This document shows, in pieces, positions 50,119 to 60,139 of a stretch of 64,000 bases of DNA. Under the pieces are notes generated by a model. The model saw only the letters and a list, made by a program, of their open reading frames with translations. It was not told where the DNA came from and searched no databases. Source of the stretch: Rickettsiales bacterium. GTDB taxonomy: Bacteria; Pseudomonadota; Alphaproteobacteria; Rickettsiales; JABSSG01. Within the stretch, counting starts at the first letter, position 1, and the number at the start of each line of letters is the position of its first letter. A program made the position numbers and the translations under genes. The stretch is taken from NCBI GenBank assembly GCA_047404135.1, contig JBDOIT010000002.1, positions 102,320 through 166,319 of the forward strand. Reading direction: 5' to 3'.

Positions 50119-51132
50119 ATGAAATATAAACGCTGGATAAAGTATATACTTGCACTATTTGTCATCATTGCTGTTTACAAAGGTAACATAGGGAGCATTA
50201 AGGATTATGCGAATAGATTCTCGCGCAGCGTTAAATCCATCAGCAATGTGAGCAAGCAGCCCGTCCCAGAGAAAGAAATTAAAGAAGAGAGAGCGCCAAA
50301 ACCTCCTCTGAAGGTAGAACCAGGAAATAAGCATTCTGTAGTATCAAATTTTACTGCAAACGTGCTTAATAAGGTTCTGGAAAACCCCAAAGGAAGATTG
50401 ATATTCGAAGAAGTAATAAACAGAATGGCTGAAAACTACCATGGTGCTCTAGGTGAAGATCTAGCTCACAAAGAGTTTATAGTAAAAGATCTGAATGTAG
50501 GGAAAGGTATGATTGCAGAATGTGGGGATGAGGTTTCAATCTCTTACTCTACAGAAAACACAGAAAATCAAAGAGAAACCTTACTTGTAACAAAAAATGT
50601 ATACCTGGGAACGAAATCTTTAAGTAAATTCCTTGAGAACGGAGTTATAGGAATGAAAAAAGGTGGAAACCGTAAAATCATATATGTAGATAAGGAAACT
50701 GCCACGCATAACAAAAAAAAACAACAGAAGGATTTTATTACAGCAGATGTAACGCTTAATAAAGTCATAAAATCCCATATACAGAATAGCTGGGGTATTT
50801 TCGTAGACAAAGAATCTTTCTCTTTAATAGGAGAAAAAATAATGTGTGGAGACGAAATCACATCGTCTTATAAACTTCGCAATCTTGAAGATGGAAATCT
50901 TATTTATGATTCCAGAGACCACAATAAATCTATCTCCTTCAATATAGGAGAGCATAAAACCCCTTATAAAATCACAAAAGGGTTAGTAGGCCTTGTAAAA
51001 GAAAAATCAAAGATCTCTATTGTTGATAAAGTTTGCAACCTGGATTACACAGATAAAAATGGGAATAAGCTTATGCCAAAAGGTTTAGAGTCCAATGGTC
51101 TGCTTTTAGTAGAGATTGATACTAAGCCTTAG
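50119..51132 (+). CDS. signal-anchored protein with two degenerate FKBP-like domains
   Basis: 337 aa with an N-terminal TM/signal segment. VKDLNVGKGMIAECGDEVSISY...LG...L...LENGVIGMKKGGNRKIIY follows the FKBP PPIase spacing (GD.V.V.Y...LG......G..GMK.GG.R). A second, weaker copy starts at GEKIMCGDEITSSY. Confidence 0.4.
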   Translation: MKYKRWIKYILALFVIIAVYKGNIGSIKDYANRFSRSVKSISNVSKQPVPEKEIKEERAPKPPLKVEPGNKHSVVSNFTANVLNKVLENPKGRLIFEEVINRMAENYHGALGEDLAHKEFIVKDLNVGKGMIAECGDEVSISYSTENTENQRETLLVTKNVYLGTKSLSKFLENGVIGMKKGGNRKIIYVDKETATHNKKKQQKDFITADVTLNKVIKSHIQNSWGIFVDKESFSLIGEKIMCGDEITSSYKLRNLEDGNLIYDSRDHNKSISFNIGEHKTPYKITKGLVGLVKEKSKISIVDKVCNLDYTDKNGNKLMPKGLESNGLLLVEIDTKP

Positions 51133-51898
51133 CCTTAGTAAATAGCTCAAAAAAATTCTTAGTAGTAGATGCCTCTATTTCTGATACCTCTTTACCAAAT
51201 ATTTCCGCCATTTTCGCAGCTGTGTACTTTATGTAAGAAGGCTCATTAGGCTTTCCTCTCATAGGAGCAGGCGCCAGATATGGAGCATCGGTTTCTATTA
51301 ATAACCTATCTAAAGGAAGTTTCTGTATAGTCGAACGTAATTCATCAGCTTTTTTAAAAGTTATTATTCCAGAAATAGAAATATAAATTCCCATATCTAT
51401 ACATTCTCGTGCTAATTTTTCCGTAGATGTAAAACAATGTATTAACCCAGGAAATACACCTTTATTCATTTCTGTTTTTAAGATCTCTATTGTGTCATCA
51501 TCCGAAGACCTAGTGTGTACTATCAGAGGAAGTCCTGTCTCCCTAGATGCTGCGATATGATTTATAAATGATTCCTTTTGCATCTCCCTATGAGAGTTCT
51601 CGTAATAATAATCCAATCCTGTTTCGCCAATACCTATAACCTTTTTATCCTTAGAAAGCTCAACAAGTTTATCTACAGATACAATGCCTTCTCCCTCAAC
51701 CTCATGTGGATGAACACCAACAGAGCAGTATATATTGTCATACGCCTTTGCTATCGCAAGTATTTTATCAAACTCAGAAACTTTTGTCGAAATGGTCTGC
51801 AATATCCCCACACCAGCCTCTTTCGCTCTTGACATAACAGACTTAATATCCGAGCTAAGTTCTTTATAATTCATATGACAATGCGAATCTACTATCAT
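51122..51898 (-). CDS. tatD: TatD family metal-dependent hydrolase/DNase
   Basis: 258 aa with IVDSHCH, GVHPH, GE.GLDYYY, HTR and ETDAPYL motifs. Confidence 0.93.
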   Translation of the reverse strand: MIVDSHCHMNYKELSSDIKSVMSRAKEAGVGILQTISTKVSEFDKILAIAKAYDNIYCSVGVHPHEVEGEGIVSVDKLVELSKDKKVIGIGETGLDYYYENSHREMQKESFINHIAASRETGLPLIVHTRSSDDDTIEILKTEMNKGVFPGLIHCFTSTEKLARECIDMGIYISISGIITFKKADELRSTIQKLPLDRLLIETDAPYLAPAPMRGKPNEPSYIKYTAAKMAEIFGKEVSEIEASTTKNFFELFTKAKA

Positions 51899-53433
51899 TC
51901 TTTTTCTTCATTAAATCTTGGGAATATCCCAACGGGCTTTGCAATTATTTTACCCTTTAGGTAAAATTCTTTAGATAGAAATTTAAATTCCCTCTCATCT
52001 TCTGGTACTCCTATATTATCAAGAATCTTACCTGCAGAATCAGGAATAAACGGTACAAGAATGATTGAAAAATATCTTACTATTTCTAGAACTACATATA
52101 AAACTTCTGCCATCTTCTTTGGGTCTTCTTTTTTTAGAACCCAAGGGGCTTGTTGATCCACAAAAATATTCACCTGATCTACAAATAGTAAAATGTCTTC
52201 CAATGCATGGTGGAATTGATATTGCTCCATTCTCCCTTCTATCTTTCCAAATAGGTTAGAAGCTTCTTTCAGAAGCTGATATCTCTCATAGAATGCAGAA
52301 ATTCTAGACTCATCATAACCTGGTATAGATTCCTCACAATTACTATAAACCATTGATAATGTTCTTTGAACCAAATTACCAATTTTATTAGAAAGCTCAC
52401 TATTAATCCTAGATACAAAAGAAGCCTTAGAAAAGCTACCATCATTACCAAATGAAATCTCTCTCATTAAATAATAACGCATCTGGTCTAAGCCAAAATC
52501 ATTTATCAAATCCACAGGATCAACAGCATTCCCCAATGATTTAGAAATCTTCTCTCCTTCGTTTAGCCACCAACCATGACTTACTATTTGCTTAGGAAGA
52601 TCTATATTAGACGCCATCAAAAATGCAGGCCAATATATTGCATGAAATTTTGTAATATCCTTACCAACCATATGAACATTAGCTGGCCAATATGCTTGTA
52701 ATTCTTCTGTATTTTTAGGGTATCCAAGAGCAGATATATAGTTAGTCAGAGCATCAAGCCATACATATATAACATGGTTATTATCCTTTGGAACAGGAAT
52801 CCCCCATTTGAAGCTCACCCTTGAGACGGATAGGTCTCTAAGACCCGATTTCACAAAATTTTTTATCTCATTAAACCTATGCTTAGGATAAACAAAATCT
52901 GGATTTGCTTCATAAAAATCTAATAATTTATCCTTCCATTTAGAGAGGTCAAAAAAGTAACTATCTTCTTCAATCCATTCAACCTCTGCTCCACTCGGTG
53001 CCTTGCCCCCCACTAGCTCCTCTTCTGTGTAAAAACTTTCATCCCTAACAGAATACCATCCTGAATATTTATCTAGATATATATGCCCATTTTCTTTTAA
53101 TTTATTCCATAAATCTATAGCGCCCTTCTTATGCCTCTCTTCAGTTGTCCTGATAAAATCATCATTACTTATATTCATCATTTTAAACAAAGAAATAAAT
53201 TTCTTAGCTACTCCATCAACAAAATCTTGGGGATCTTTACCTGATTTTTGAGCAGATTGATCTATTTTTTGACCATGCTCATCTGTTCCAGTTAAGAATT
53301 TAACATCATACCCACTCAATCTTTTAAAGCGAGCCAATACATCACACACTATAGTCGTATACGCTGTCCCTATATGAGGATTTGCATTTACATAATATAT
53401 TGGAGTTGTGAGATAAAATTTATTATTCGACAT
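51895..53433 (-). CDS. metG: methionine--tRNA ligase
   Basis: 512 aa with TTPIYYVNANPHIGTAYT (HIGH region) and KISKSLGN (KMSKS) motifs. Confidence 0.96.
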   Translation of the reverse strand: MSNNKFYLTTPIYYVNANPHIGTAYTTIVCDVLARFKRLSGYDVKFLTGTDEHGQKIDQSAQKSGKDPQDFVDGVAKKFISLFKMMNISNDDFIRTTEERHKKGAIDLWNKLKENGHIYLDKYSGWYSVRDESFYTEEELVGGKAPSGAEVEWIEEDSYFFDLSKWKDKLLDFYEANPDFVYPKHRFNEIKNFVKSGLRDLSVSRVSFKWGIPVPKDNNHVIYVWLDALTNYISALGYPKNTEELQAYWPANVHMVGKDITKFHAIYWPAFLMASNIDLPKQIVSHGWWLNEGEKISKSLGNAVDPVDLINDFGLDQMRYYLMREISFGNDGSFSKASFVSRINSELSNKIGNLVQRTLSMVYSNCEESIPGYDESRISAFYERYQLLKEASNLFGKIEGRMEQYQFHHALEDILLFVDQVNIFVDQQAPWVLKKEDPKKMAEVLYVVLEIVRYFSIILVPFIPDSAGKILDNIGVPEDEREFKFLSKEFYLKGKIIAKPVGIFPRFNEEKE

Positions 53434-54331
53434 CCTTCTTCATCCTAATTTTAAAAAAACTTAATAATGCTACATTATACATACTAAGGCTACTCACTTC
53501 CGTGTTCACCATCATCCTACGCATAGAGTGGAACACATTATTCCATCTTTCTATATCACGCAAGTGCGCAACTTTCTCTACTACCCTTTTCTCTGACTCA
53601 ATAAGATTACTCGCTTCTCCTATATGGAATTTTATAATCCTATCCATAAGATGATGAATTAAACTTACAAATACCTTCCAATTTTTTGGCGCCGTATCTT
53701 TAGCAAAATTTTTATCCATGAACTTATATAGCATTTCAATCTGGCTATCAAACTTTTCTACTATCTCCAAAATTTCTTCATAAAAAGATAGTGCAGAGAA
53801 TTCTATGAATTTTGTTGCTAGTCCCACTGATCCCTTAGTTAGATATAGATATTTTTCTTTCTCCATCTCAGTAATATTTTCATTAGACAATATAGAGATC
53901 GATGATGGAATTTTGAGATTTATACATCTAGACCTCACTGTGCTAATAACAGCTTCTACATTATGGCATAGCAAGAAGAAGTAAGTATGAGGGCTGCAAT
54001 CTTCCAATATCTTCAACAATGCATTACTTGCTTGAATATTCAAAGAGTCTGCAGAATCTATTACAATGATACGAGGCAGAGAATTATAAGAAGTCTTACT
54101 AAGAAAATCGCAAATCGAACGAACCTTGTCTATAGGTATTTTATTATTTTCTTCTGAAATCCACAAAAGGTTAGAGCTGCGCAAATTTTCTGTATGGAGT
54201 TTCCCCCTAACAACTTCTGTGATATATTTCTTCTTCCCACTTCCCTTAGGAGAAGAGAGTAGAAATGAGCCACTCCCATCTTTCCTTTCTAAGATCCTAG
54301 TAATCTTTTTTGTGGCTTCTACTGATTCCAT
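53423..54331 (-). CDS. holB: DNA polymerase III subunit delta'
   Basis: 302 aa with a P-loop-like SPKGSGKK, a VIDSADSLN..ASNALLK.LE box and an SRC motif (TVRSRC). Synteny is holB-metG-tatD. Confidence 0.8.
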   Translation of the reverse strand: MESVEATKKITRILERKDGSGSFLLSSPKGSGKKKYITEVVRGKLHTENLRSSNLLWISEENNKIPIDKVRSICDFLSKTSYNSLPRIIVIDSADSLNIQASNALLKILEDCSPHTYFFLLCHNVEAVISTVRSRCINLKIPSSISILSNENITEMEKEKYLYLTKGSVGLATKFIEFSALSFYEEILEIVEKFDSQIEMLYKFMDKNFAKDTAPKNWKVFVSLIHHLMDRIIKFHIGEASNLIESEKRVVEKVAHLRDIERWNNVFHSMRRMMVNTEVSSLSMYNVALLSFFKIRMKKDVE

Positions 54332-54408
54332 GAGTCTTCTAGACTATTCATTGATATGCTATATATTATTACCATAGAAATGAATGAAAATCTCATTAAA
54401 AATTTATT

Positions 54409-55045
54409 ATGAACAAGGGCATTATAAAAAATATATTCTCCGCGTTCGCAAAAAAAAAACCCCAATCCAAAAACCGAACTAAACTTCACAAATAACTATA
54501 CAATGCTAGTGGCTGTAGTACTTTCTGCACAAGCTACCGACACCGGAGTAAATAAAGCCACCAAAGCTTTGTTTGACCAAATATCAAAACCAGAAGAAAT
54601 GATTGCCTTAGGAGAAGAAGAATTAAAAAAACATGTGCGTACTATTGGTTTATTCAACTCTAAAGCAAAAAATATAATCAAATTAAGTCATGTTTTGGTG
54701 GAATCATATAATTCACAAATACCCAACTCCTTGGAAGAATTAATAAAGCTTCCTGGAGTTGGCACAAAAACGGCTAAAGTTGTGCTAAACGCTGCTTTCA
54801 ACATAAATGAGATTGCCGTAGATACACATGTATTTAGAACCTCTAGAAGGTTGGGTATTGCAACTAAAAAAACCATTCCATCTGTGGAGAAAGAATTACC
54901 AAAGCAAATACCAAAAGAATATCAGCTCAAAGCACACCACTGGCTCGTTCTTCATGGTAGATATATATGCAAAGCTCGTAAGCCCTTATGTGAAGAGTGC
55001 TTTCTCAAAGAGTATTGTAAATTCTTCAAATCTCAAAAGAATTAG
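54409..55045 (+). pseudogene. nth: endonuclease III, reading frame broken by a homopolymer (A10) frameshift near the 5' end
   Basis: Frame 1 from ATG 54409 gives MNKGIIKNIFSAFAKKK, then runs out of frame to a stop at 54493. Frame 2, from within the A-run (54450-54459), reads (K)KNPNPKTELNFTNNYTMLVAVVLSAQATD..., a continuous Nth N-terminus. The downstream 180-aa ORF has the HhH motif (LPGVGTKTA) and the 4Fe-4S cluster motif C.ARKP.C..C......C. Confidence 0.75.
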
Positions 55046-55272
55046 GACCAAGGGCGCAATCTTTTTTGTTTTATATATATGTGCGCAATACATCAAATTA
55101 CTCAAAATCATGCGAACCACAAATACGAGCGCATACTAAAATAATATTTGTTTGGGAATAAAGCATTGTACCAAATACATAAAATTCAATGATCCAAAGA
55201 ACCTAATTATATATACTCGGAAAGAGGTTATATTGTACAAAGTATAATAACAACTCCTCCTCAGATGTTTAA

Positions 55273-56523
55273 CTATGCGATACTTTTTCGATAAGTCTCT
55301 GAAAAATATTTTATAGTAAATAAAGTCATCACTGTAAAGAATACAATATACAAAGCAATAGAATCATGCCTTGTATGATTCACAAGCCAAGTCCCTACCA
55401 AAGGCGCGGTTCCACCAAATGCAGCCACACTCAAATTATAAGAAGCGGATACACCAGTAAACCTAACTCTTGTTGGGAATAACTCAACTAGTACAGCAGG
55501 AATAGGACCCATATAGAATCCAACTAGCGCAGCAAAGACCACTTGGGAGAAAAGAACTACTTCCATACTAGTGTTATTCAGAAGCCACAAGAATGGATAT
55601 GCTACTAACATTATAACTATAGCTGTATATTTCAACACAGGCCTTCTTCCGTAAATATCAGATACATATGCCCCAACAGGAATAGAGGCTGTAGCCACAG
55701 CTAAACTCCATAAATTCACTCTCAATGTCTCCACGCTAGTAAACCCTAGAGATCCTGTCATATATGATTTCATAAATAATGTTAGCATATAGAATGGAAC
55801 ACATACTGTTAGATACAAACCTATTCCAACAAGAAGAGGCTTAGAGTAGCTAGTTAGCACTTCTCTTACTGGCTTCGATGAAAGGTCATTACTTTCTTTA
55901 GCTTTTAAATATACTGGGCTTTCATGTAAGGCAACTTTCACATACACACCTACAAGACTCACAATTATGCCAAGTAAGAATGGTATTCTCCAGCCCCACT
56001 CTTCAAAAGCTGATACTGACATTGTTTTTGCGACACCAACCGAGACTAAAGAACCAAGTAACATGCCGCCACTCAAGCTCATCATACTCACACTACCTAT
56101 CACGCCTCTTTTTTCTTTCGGCGCGTATTCAACTAAAAAGGCAATGCATCCGCTAAATCCACCACCAATAGATGCTCCTTGTACCAATCTGATCACGCAT
56201 AGTAATATTGGTGCAAGTATTCCTATTTTTTCATAAGTAGGAAGTAAACCAATAGAGGCTGTAGGTAAAGCCATCATCAAGATAGAGATTGCAAGAGTTG
56301 TCTTTCTACCATATTTATCACCTAAATATCCAAAGAATATACCACCTATAGGTCTCATTATAAAACCCGCTGCAAAGATACTATATGTTGCAAGAAGACC
56401 TATGTAAGGATCTGATGCAGGGAAGAAATGTTTACTTAAAATTAGAGCGAAGTGTCCATATAATGCGAAATCATACCATTCTAAGGTATTTGCTATCATA
56501 CCAGCAATAACTACTTTTTTCAT
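55273..56523 (-). CDS. MFS transporter, metabolite:H+ symporter (ProP/KgtP-like) family
   Basis: About 416-aa, 12-TM protein with the N-terminal EWYDF.LYG signature and a GD.YGRK loop. The start is taken at ATG 56523; the ORF track begins at TTG 56538. Confidence 0.85.
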   Translation of the reverse strand: MKKVVIAGMIANTLEWYDFALYGHFALILSKHFFPASDPYIGLLATYSIFAAGFIMRPIGGIFFGYLGDKYGRKTTLAISILMMALPTASIGLLPTYEKIGILAPILLCVIRLVQGASIGGGFSGCIAFLVEYAPKEKRGVIGSVSMMSLSGGMLLGSLVSVGVAKTMSVSAFEEWGWRIPFLLGIIVSLVGVYVKVALHESPVYLKAKESNDLSSKPVREVLTSYSKPLLVGIGLYLTVCVPFYMLTLFMKSYMTGSLGFTSVETLRVNLWSLAVATASIPVGAYVSDIYGRRPVLKYTAIVIMLVAYPFLWLLNNTSMEVVLFSQVVFAALVGFYMGPIPAVLVELFPTRVRFTGVSASYNLSVAAFGGTAPLVGTWLVNHTRHDSIALYIVFFTVMTLFTIKYFSETYRKSIA

Positions 56524-56622
56524 AGCGCTACACACCAAATAAATTGTAATCAGGACATAATATTGACTTCACAAGTAAAAAGCAAATTATTTCGTTCTTA
56601 GCAAAGCTTTTGAATATTCATT

Positions 56623-57492
56623 CTAGTTGTTTTTCAAAATCATATCATCTGTAATATATGTGGGGTATATATCGTGCTCGCTATATAATGACAGCAATTC
56701 TTTCTCTGATTTCCGGTAATATTCCTTGTGCACACCTCGGCGCAGGAATAGTAGTGAGTCTATTCCAAAAGCTTTTGCACCCTTTACATCTGTTGTTAAA
56801 GAGTCGCCTATGGCAATTATACTTTTCTTGGAAAGAAAACTCTTCTTTATATTTTCAGACAGTGCAAACTCGTATATAGGAACATGAGGCTTACCAAAAT
56901 ATCTTACACTACCGCCTAAAATCTTATATTTATTTGCAAAATATCCAGGAGTATAGTGGAATAAATCACCGTGTGGAGCTTGAAAATCAGGGTTAATACA
57001 AAGAGCGGGAATATCTTTTTTTGCCGCCTCTTCTAGAATTCTTGTCCAGAATTCCTCATCCTCTGCTCCTGAACGAGAGTTCATTGTAATGATAATACAA
57101 TCACATGCATCCAAAGTATCTACGAACTCTATATCCATATCTTCCAACATCCTGAAGGAACCTCCTAAGTCATAAAATTTATTCCTTACCGAAAGGCTCG
57201 TATCGTTGTTGATTGAATGTTTAAAAAATTCGCCTGATGTCACAAGCTTGTGATTTTCTTTTAATGAGAAACCCATGGATTCCAGGAGTTTTTCTACAGA
57301 GACTGAGCTACTTGAAGAGTTAGATAGAAATACAATCTGCTTCTTAGCTTTATCTAATTTATTAATTAGTCTAATAGTATCTTGTATCAGAGCAGTTCCA
57401 TCATGAACCACACCCCAGAGGTCAAATACGAATATTTGGTAACGTGAATATATATTGTTTAGATTAGATATCTTCTGAGTGGTTTTAGGCAT
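56623..57492 (-). CDS. HAD-superfamily class IIA hydrolase
   Basis: 289 aa with FVFDLWGVVHDG (DxD nucleophile motif), a FLSNSS motif and a C-terminal IGDSL.TD motif. Confidence 0.75.
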   Translation of the reverse strand: MPKTTQKISNLNNIYSRYQIFVFDLWGVVHDGTALIQDTIRLINKLDKAKKQIVFLSNSSSSSVSVEKLLESMGFSLKENHKLVTSGEFFKHSINNDTSLSVRNKFYDLGGSFRMLEDMDIEFVDTLDACDCIIITMNSRSGAEDEEFWTRILEEAAKKDIPALCINPDFQAPHGDLFHYTPGYFANKYKILGGSVRYFGKPHVPIYEFALSENIKKSFLSKKSIIAIGDSLTTDVKGAKAFGIDSLLFLRRGVHKEYYRKSEKELLSLYSEHDIYPTYITDDMILKNN

Positions 57493-57510
57493 CCCCCTCC
57501 TTGAAAAAAT

Positions 57511-57873
57511 TTATCTGTCTAGCTTTTCTTTAATTCTAGCGGCTTTTCCACGTAATTGTCTCATATAGTAAAGCTTCGTTCTTCTAACGATACCTTTCTT
57601 CACGATCTCTATGCTGTCAATTCTTGGAGAGTATAGAGGGAATTTACGTTCCACACCTTCGTTGTAGCTAATTTTTCTAACGGTAAAACTTGACCCCAGG
57701 CTTCTATTGATTTTAGAAATACACAGACCTTCATAAGCCTGTACTCTTTCATTAGAACCTTCTATAATTCTTACATTAACTCTAATAGTATCACCAGGCT
57801 TAAAATCAGGGATTTTTTTGCCTTCTGCCAAAGCAGCTAGTTGGTTTTTTTCAAATTGTTGCACTAAGTTCAT
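57511..57873 (-). CDS. rplS: 50S ribosomal protein L19
   Basis: 120 aa with [20 protein letters not shown] and SP....IEIV motifs. Confidence 0.96.
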   Translation of the reverse strand: MNLVQQFEKNQLAALAEGKKIPDFKPGDTIRVNVRIIEGSNERVQAYEGLCISKINRSLGSSFTVRKISYNEGVERKFPLYSPRIDSIEIVKKGIVRRTKLYYMRQLRGKAARIKEKLDR

Positions 57874-58625
57874 CTTACTCTAAGACCTATAATTTTCAAT
57901 CGCAGAGCGAAGATACGCCATAATTCCACTAAATTCAACATAATTCTTCATTTTAATAGATTTTTCAGTATGCACACCTAGATAGCATAACATATTCATG
58001 CCGATCCTTTGCATCAGTCAAACCATATCCTAGAAGATATGACTCTATAGTATGACAAAATGCAACCAATGGCTTACTTGAGCTTCTTTTGTTTGTATAT
58101 CATTTTCACCATTCACACACTCTCAAGCATGAGATCCTCTAAATCAAATGCAACATTATAGACTGTTTTTAAAGTTTCAGCATAAAATAACTTCCTTATC
58201 TATATCTACCTGATTTGTATATTTCCATTTTTTTCGACGTCGTAAAAACAAAGCGCAATCAAAGATGTATAAAAAGCAAAATGCAAGGATCAATACTCTC
58301 CTAGACTGCCATATAGATGCGCAGAAATACGTATTCCCTCAGCAATATGTATATAGCCAACCTTCCCAAGATTAGTGATTACCACTGTAACCAGTAGCTT
58401 CATGCATAAGGTCTTTGTGGTCAAAATAAAATCTATTTGTAACTTCAGAGAGTTAATATTGCATTGAATTTAAAAATTCAAATCAACTTTTCAACTTCCC
58501 CCGCTATAAATACACTTCTTCCCTACAATGAAGTAACTACCCTTCCTAAAAGAAACTAATCATAACACGCACTTTGTTTAACTGCGACTGGCATTCAACC
58601 AAAGCATAGAAATATAGGTGTAGGA

Positions 58626-59321
58626 TCATTTTTTTAATAGATCCGGTCTATTTTTTTTTGTGATTTCTTGTGATTTCTTGAGTCTCCATTCTTCAATCTT
58701 CTTGTGGTTACCACTCAAAAGAACCTCAGGAGCTTTAATATCCTTCCATTCCCTAGGTTTAGTATATTGAGGGTATTCAAGAAGTTTCTCGTATTTTGTA
58801 CCAAGAGCAAAACTCTCTTCCATATCTTGATCTTTCAGCACTCCGGGAATAAGTCTAACACAGCTATCTATTACAACATATGCCGCAAGCTCTCCTCCAG
58901 AAAGCACATAATCTCCTATACTAACCTCTTCAATGTCATAATAATCCAAAACCCTCTGATCTACTCCCTCGTAGCGACCACACAACATCACAACATTGTC
59001 ACTCTCTACAATTTCTTTTGCCATTTTTTGGGTAAATGTCTTGCCACGAGGAGATAGGTATATAATTTTTTTCTTTTTCATCCCAGAGCATGCATGTTCT
59101 ATTGTTCTACCCAGAACATCCGGCTTCATCAGCATACCAACGCCACCCCCAATAGGGTAATCATCTACTGATCCATGCTTATCTAGTGCAAAATCTCTTA
59201 TATTTATTGATTCAATCTCCCATAATTTTTTTGACAGCGCATTACCAAGAACAGAATACCCAAGAGGACCAGGAAACATATTTGGGAAAATCGTCAGAAT
59301 TTTTACGTTAAAAGAAGACAT
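58626..59321 (-). CDS. trmD: tRNA (guanine37-N1)-methyltransferase
   Basis: 231 aa with LTIFP.MF, IDDYPIGGG.GM, LCGRYEG.D.RV, SIGDYVLSGGE and LLSGNH..I..WR motifs. Confidence 0.96.
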   Translation of the reverse strand: MSSFNVKILTIFPNMFPGPLGYSVLGNALSKKLWEIESINIRDFALDKHGSVDDYPIGGGVGMLMKPDVLGRTIEHACSGMKKKKIIYLSPRGKTFTQKMAKEIVESDNVVMLCGRYEGVDQRVLDYYDIEEVSIGDYVLSGGELAAYVVIDSCVRLIPGVLKDQDMEESFALGTKYEKLLEYPQYTKPREWKDIKAPEVLLSGNHKKIEEWRLKKSQEITKKNRPDLLKK

Positions 59322-59326
59322 GTAGA

Positions 59327-60139
59327 TTACTTACTCCTGCTTAGAAGATGTTTATGCATTCGATGGTTATTATTCATCAAAGCATAATCTGCAGAGGATT
59401 TGCCTGAGTCGTCTTTGTGAAATACATTGCAGGCATTCTTAGTTAAGATACCCACCATAATCTCATTATTATTACGAGCAGCTATGTTCAATGGCGTATA
59501 GTTTTTATTATCTTTTTCGTTTATATCCGCCCCACTCCTAATCAAAAATCTAGCAATTCTATTATGGTTAAATGAAATAGCGTAGGATAATAAGCCTGTT
59601 CCATCCTTATTTTTAATGTGAAGCAAGTTGTAATTATTCAAAAGAGCTCGCAACGTTTTAATATCGGAGTTACGTATAGCATTAAATGCCCATGAACTTA
59701 ATTTATTCAAATAAAAAGGCCTAGGTAATCCAGAATGCTCATAAGCTTCTTCAGGAAGTATTTGCGTGTTATAATTAGTATCTAAAAATCTATTTATCTT
59801 TCTTATTTTACTGAGCTCTCGCTCTGTTTTATCTATATGGTCTATTAAAATGATTTGATCAAATATCGATACATTTTTATACTGGTAATCCACATTAGGA
59901 CCCACAATCTCTTTAGAAGTTTTTTCAACGCCAATTCCTGTTACTGACTCTACAAAGTACCTCTCCTTATCTGCGTTACCCTTAAATATATCTCCTGGAA
60001 TTGACCTTTTCTTATCTGATATGTCCCAAAATTTAGTTGAAGAAGGAGACCCTGGATTAGAAGGTGCATTTGGTTGCGCAGCAAATGCAGAGCTAATCAA
60101 CAACGCAGATAAAGAGAGTATACAAATTCTAATACTCAT
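59327..60139 (-). CDS. secreted ankyrin-repeat protein
   Basis: 270 aa with a cleavable-looking signal peptide (MSIRICILSLSALLISSAFAA). The C-terminal half has about 3 ANK repeats (GTGLLSYAISFNHNRIARFLIRSGADINEKD, YTPLNIAARNNN...). Confidence 0.82.
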   Translation of the reverse strand: MSIRICILSLSALLISSAFAAQPNAPSNPGSPSSTKFWDISDKKRSIPGDIFKGNADKERYFVESVTGIGVEKTSKEIVGPNVDYQYKNVSIFDQIILIDHIDKTERELSKIRKINRFLDTNYNTQILPEEAYEHSGLPRPFYLNKLSSWAFNAIRNSDIKTLRALLNNYNLLHIKNKDGTGLLSYAISFNHNRIARFLIRSGADINEKDNKNYTPLNIAARNNNEIMVGILTKNACNVFHKDDSGKSSADYALMNNNHRMHKHLLSRSK

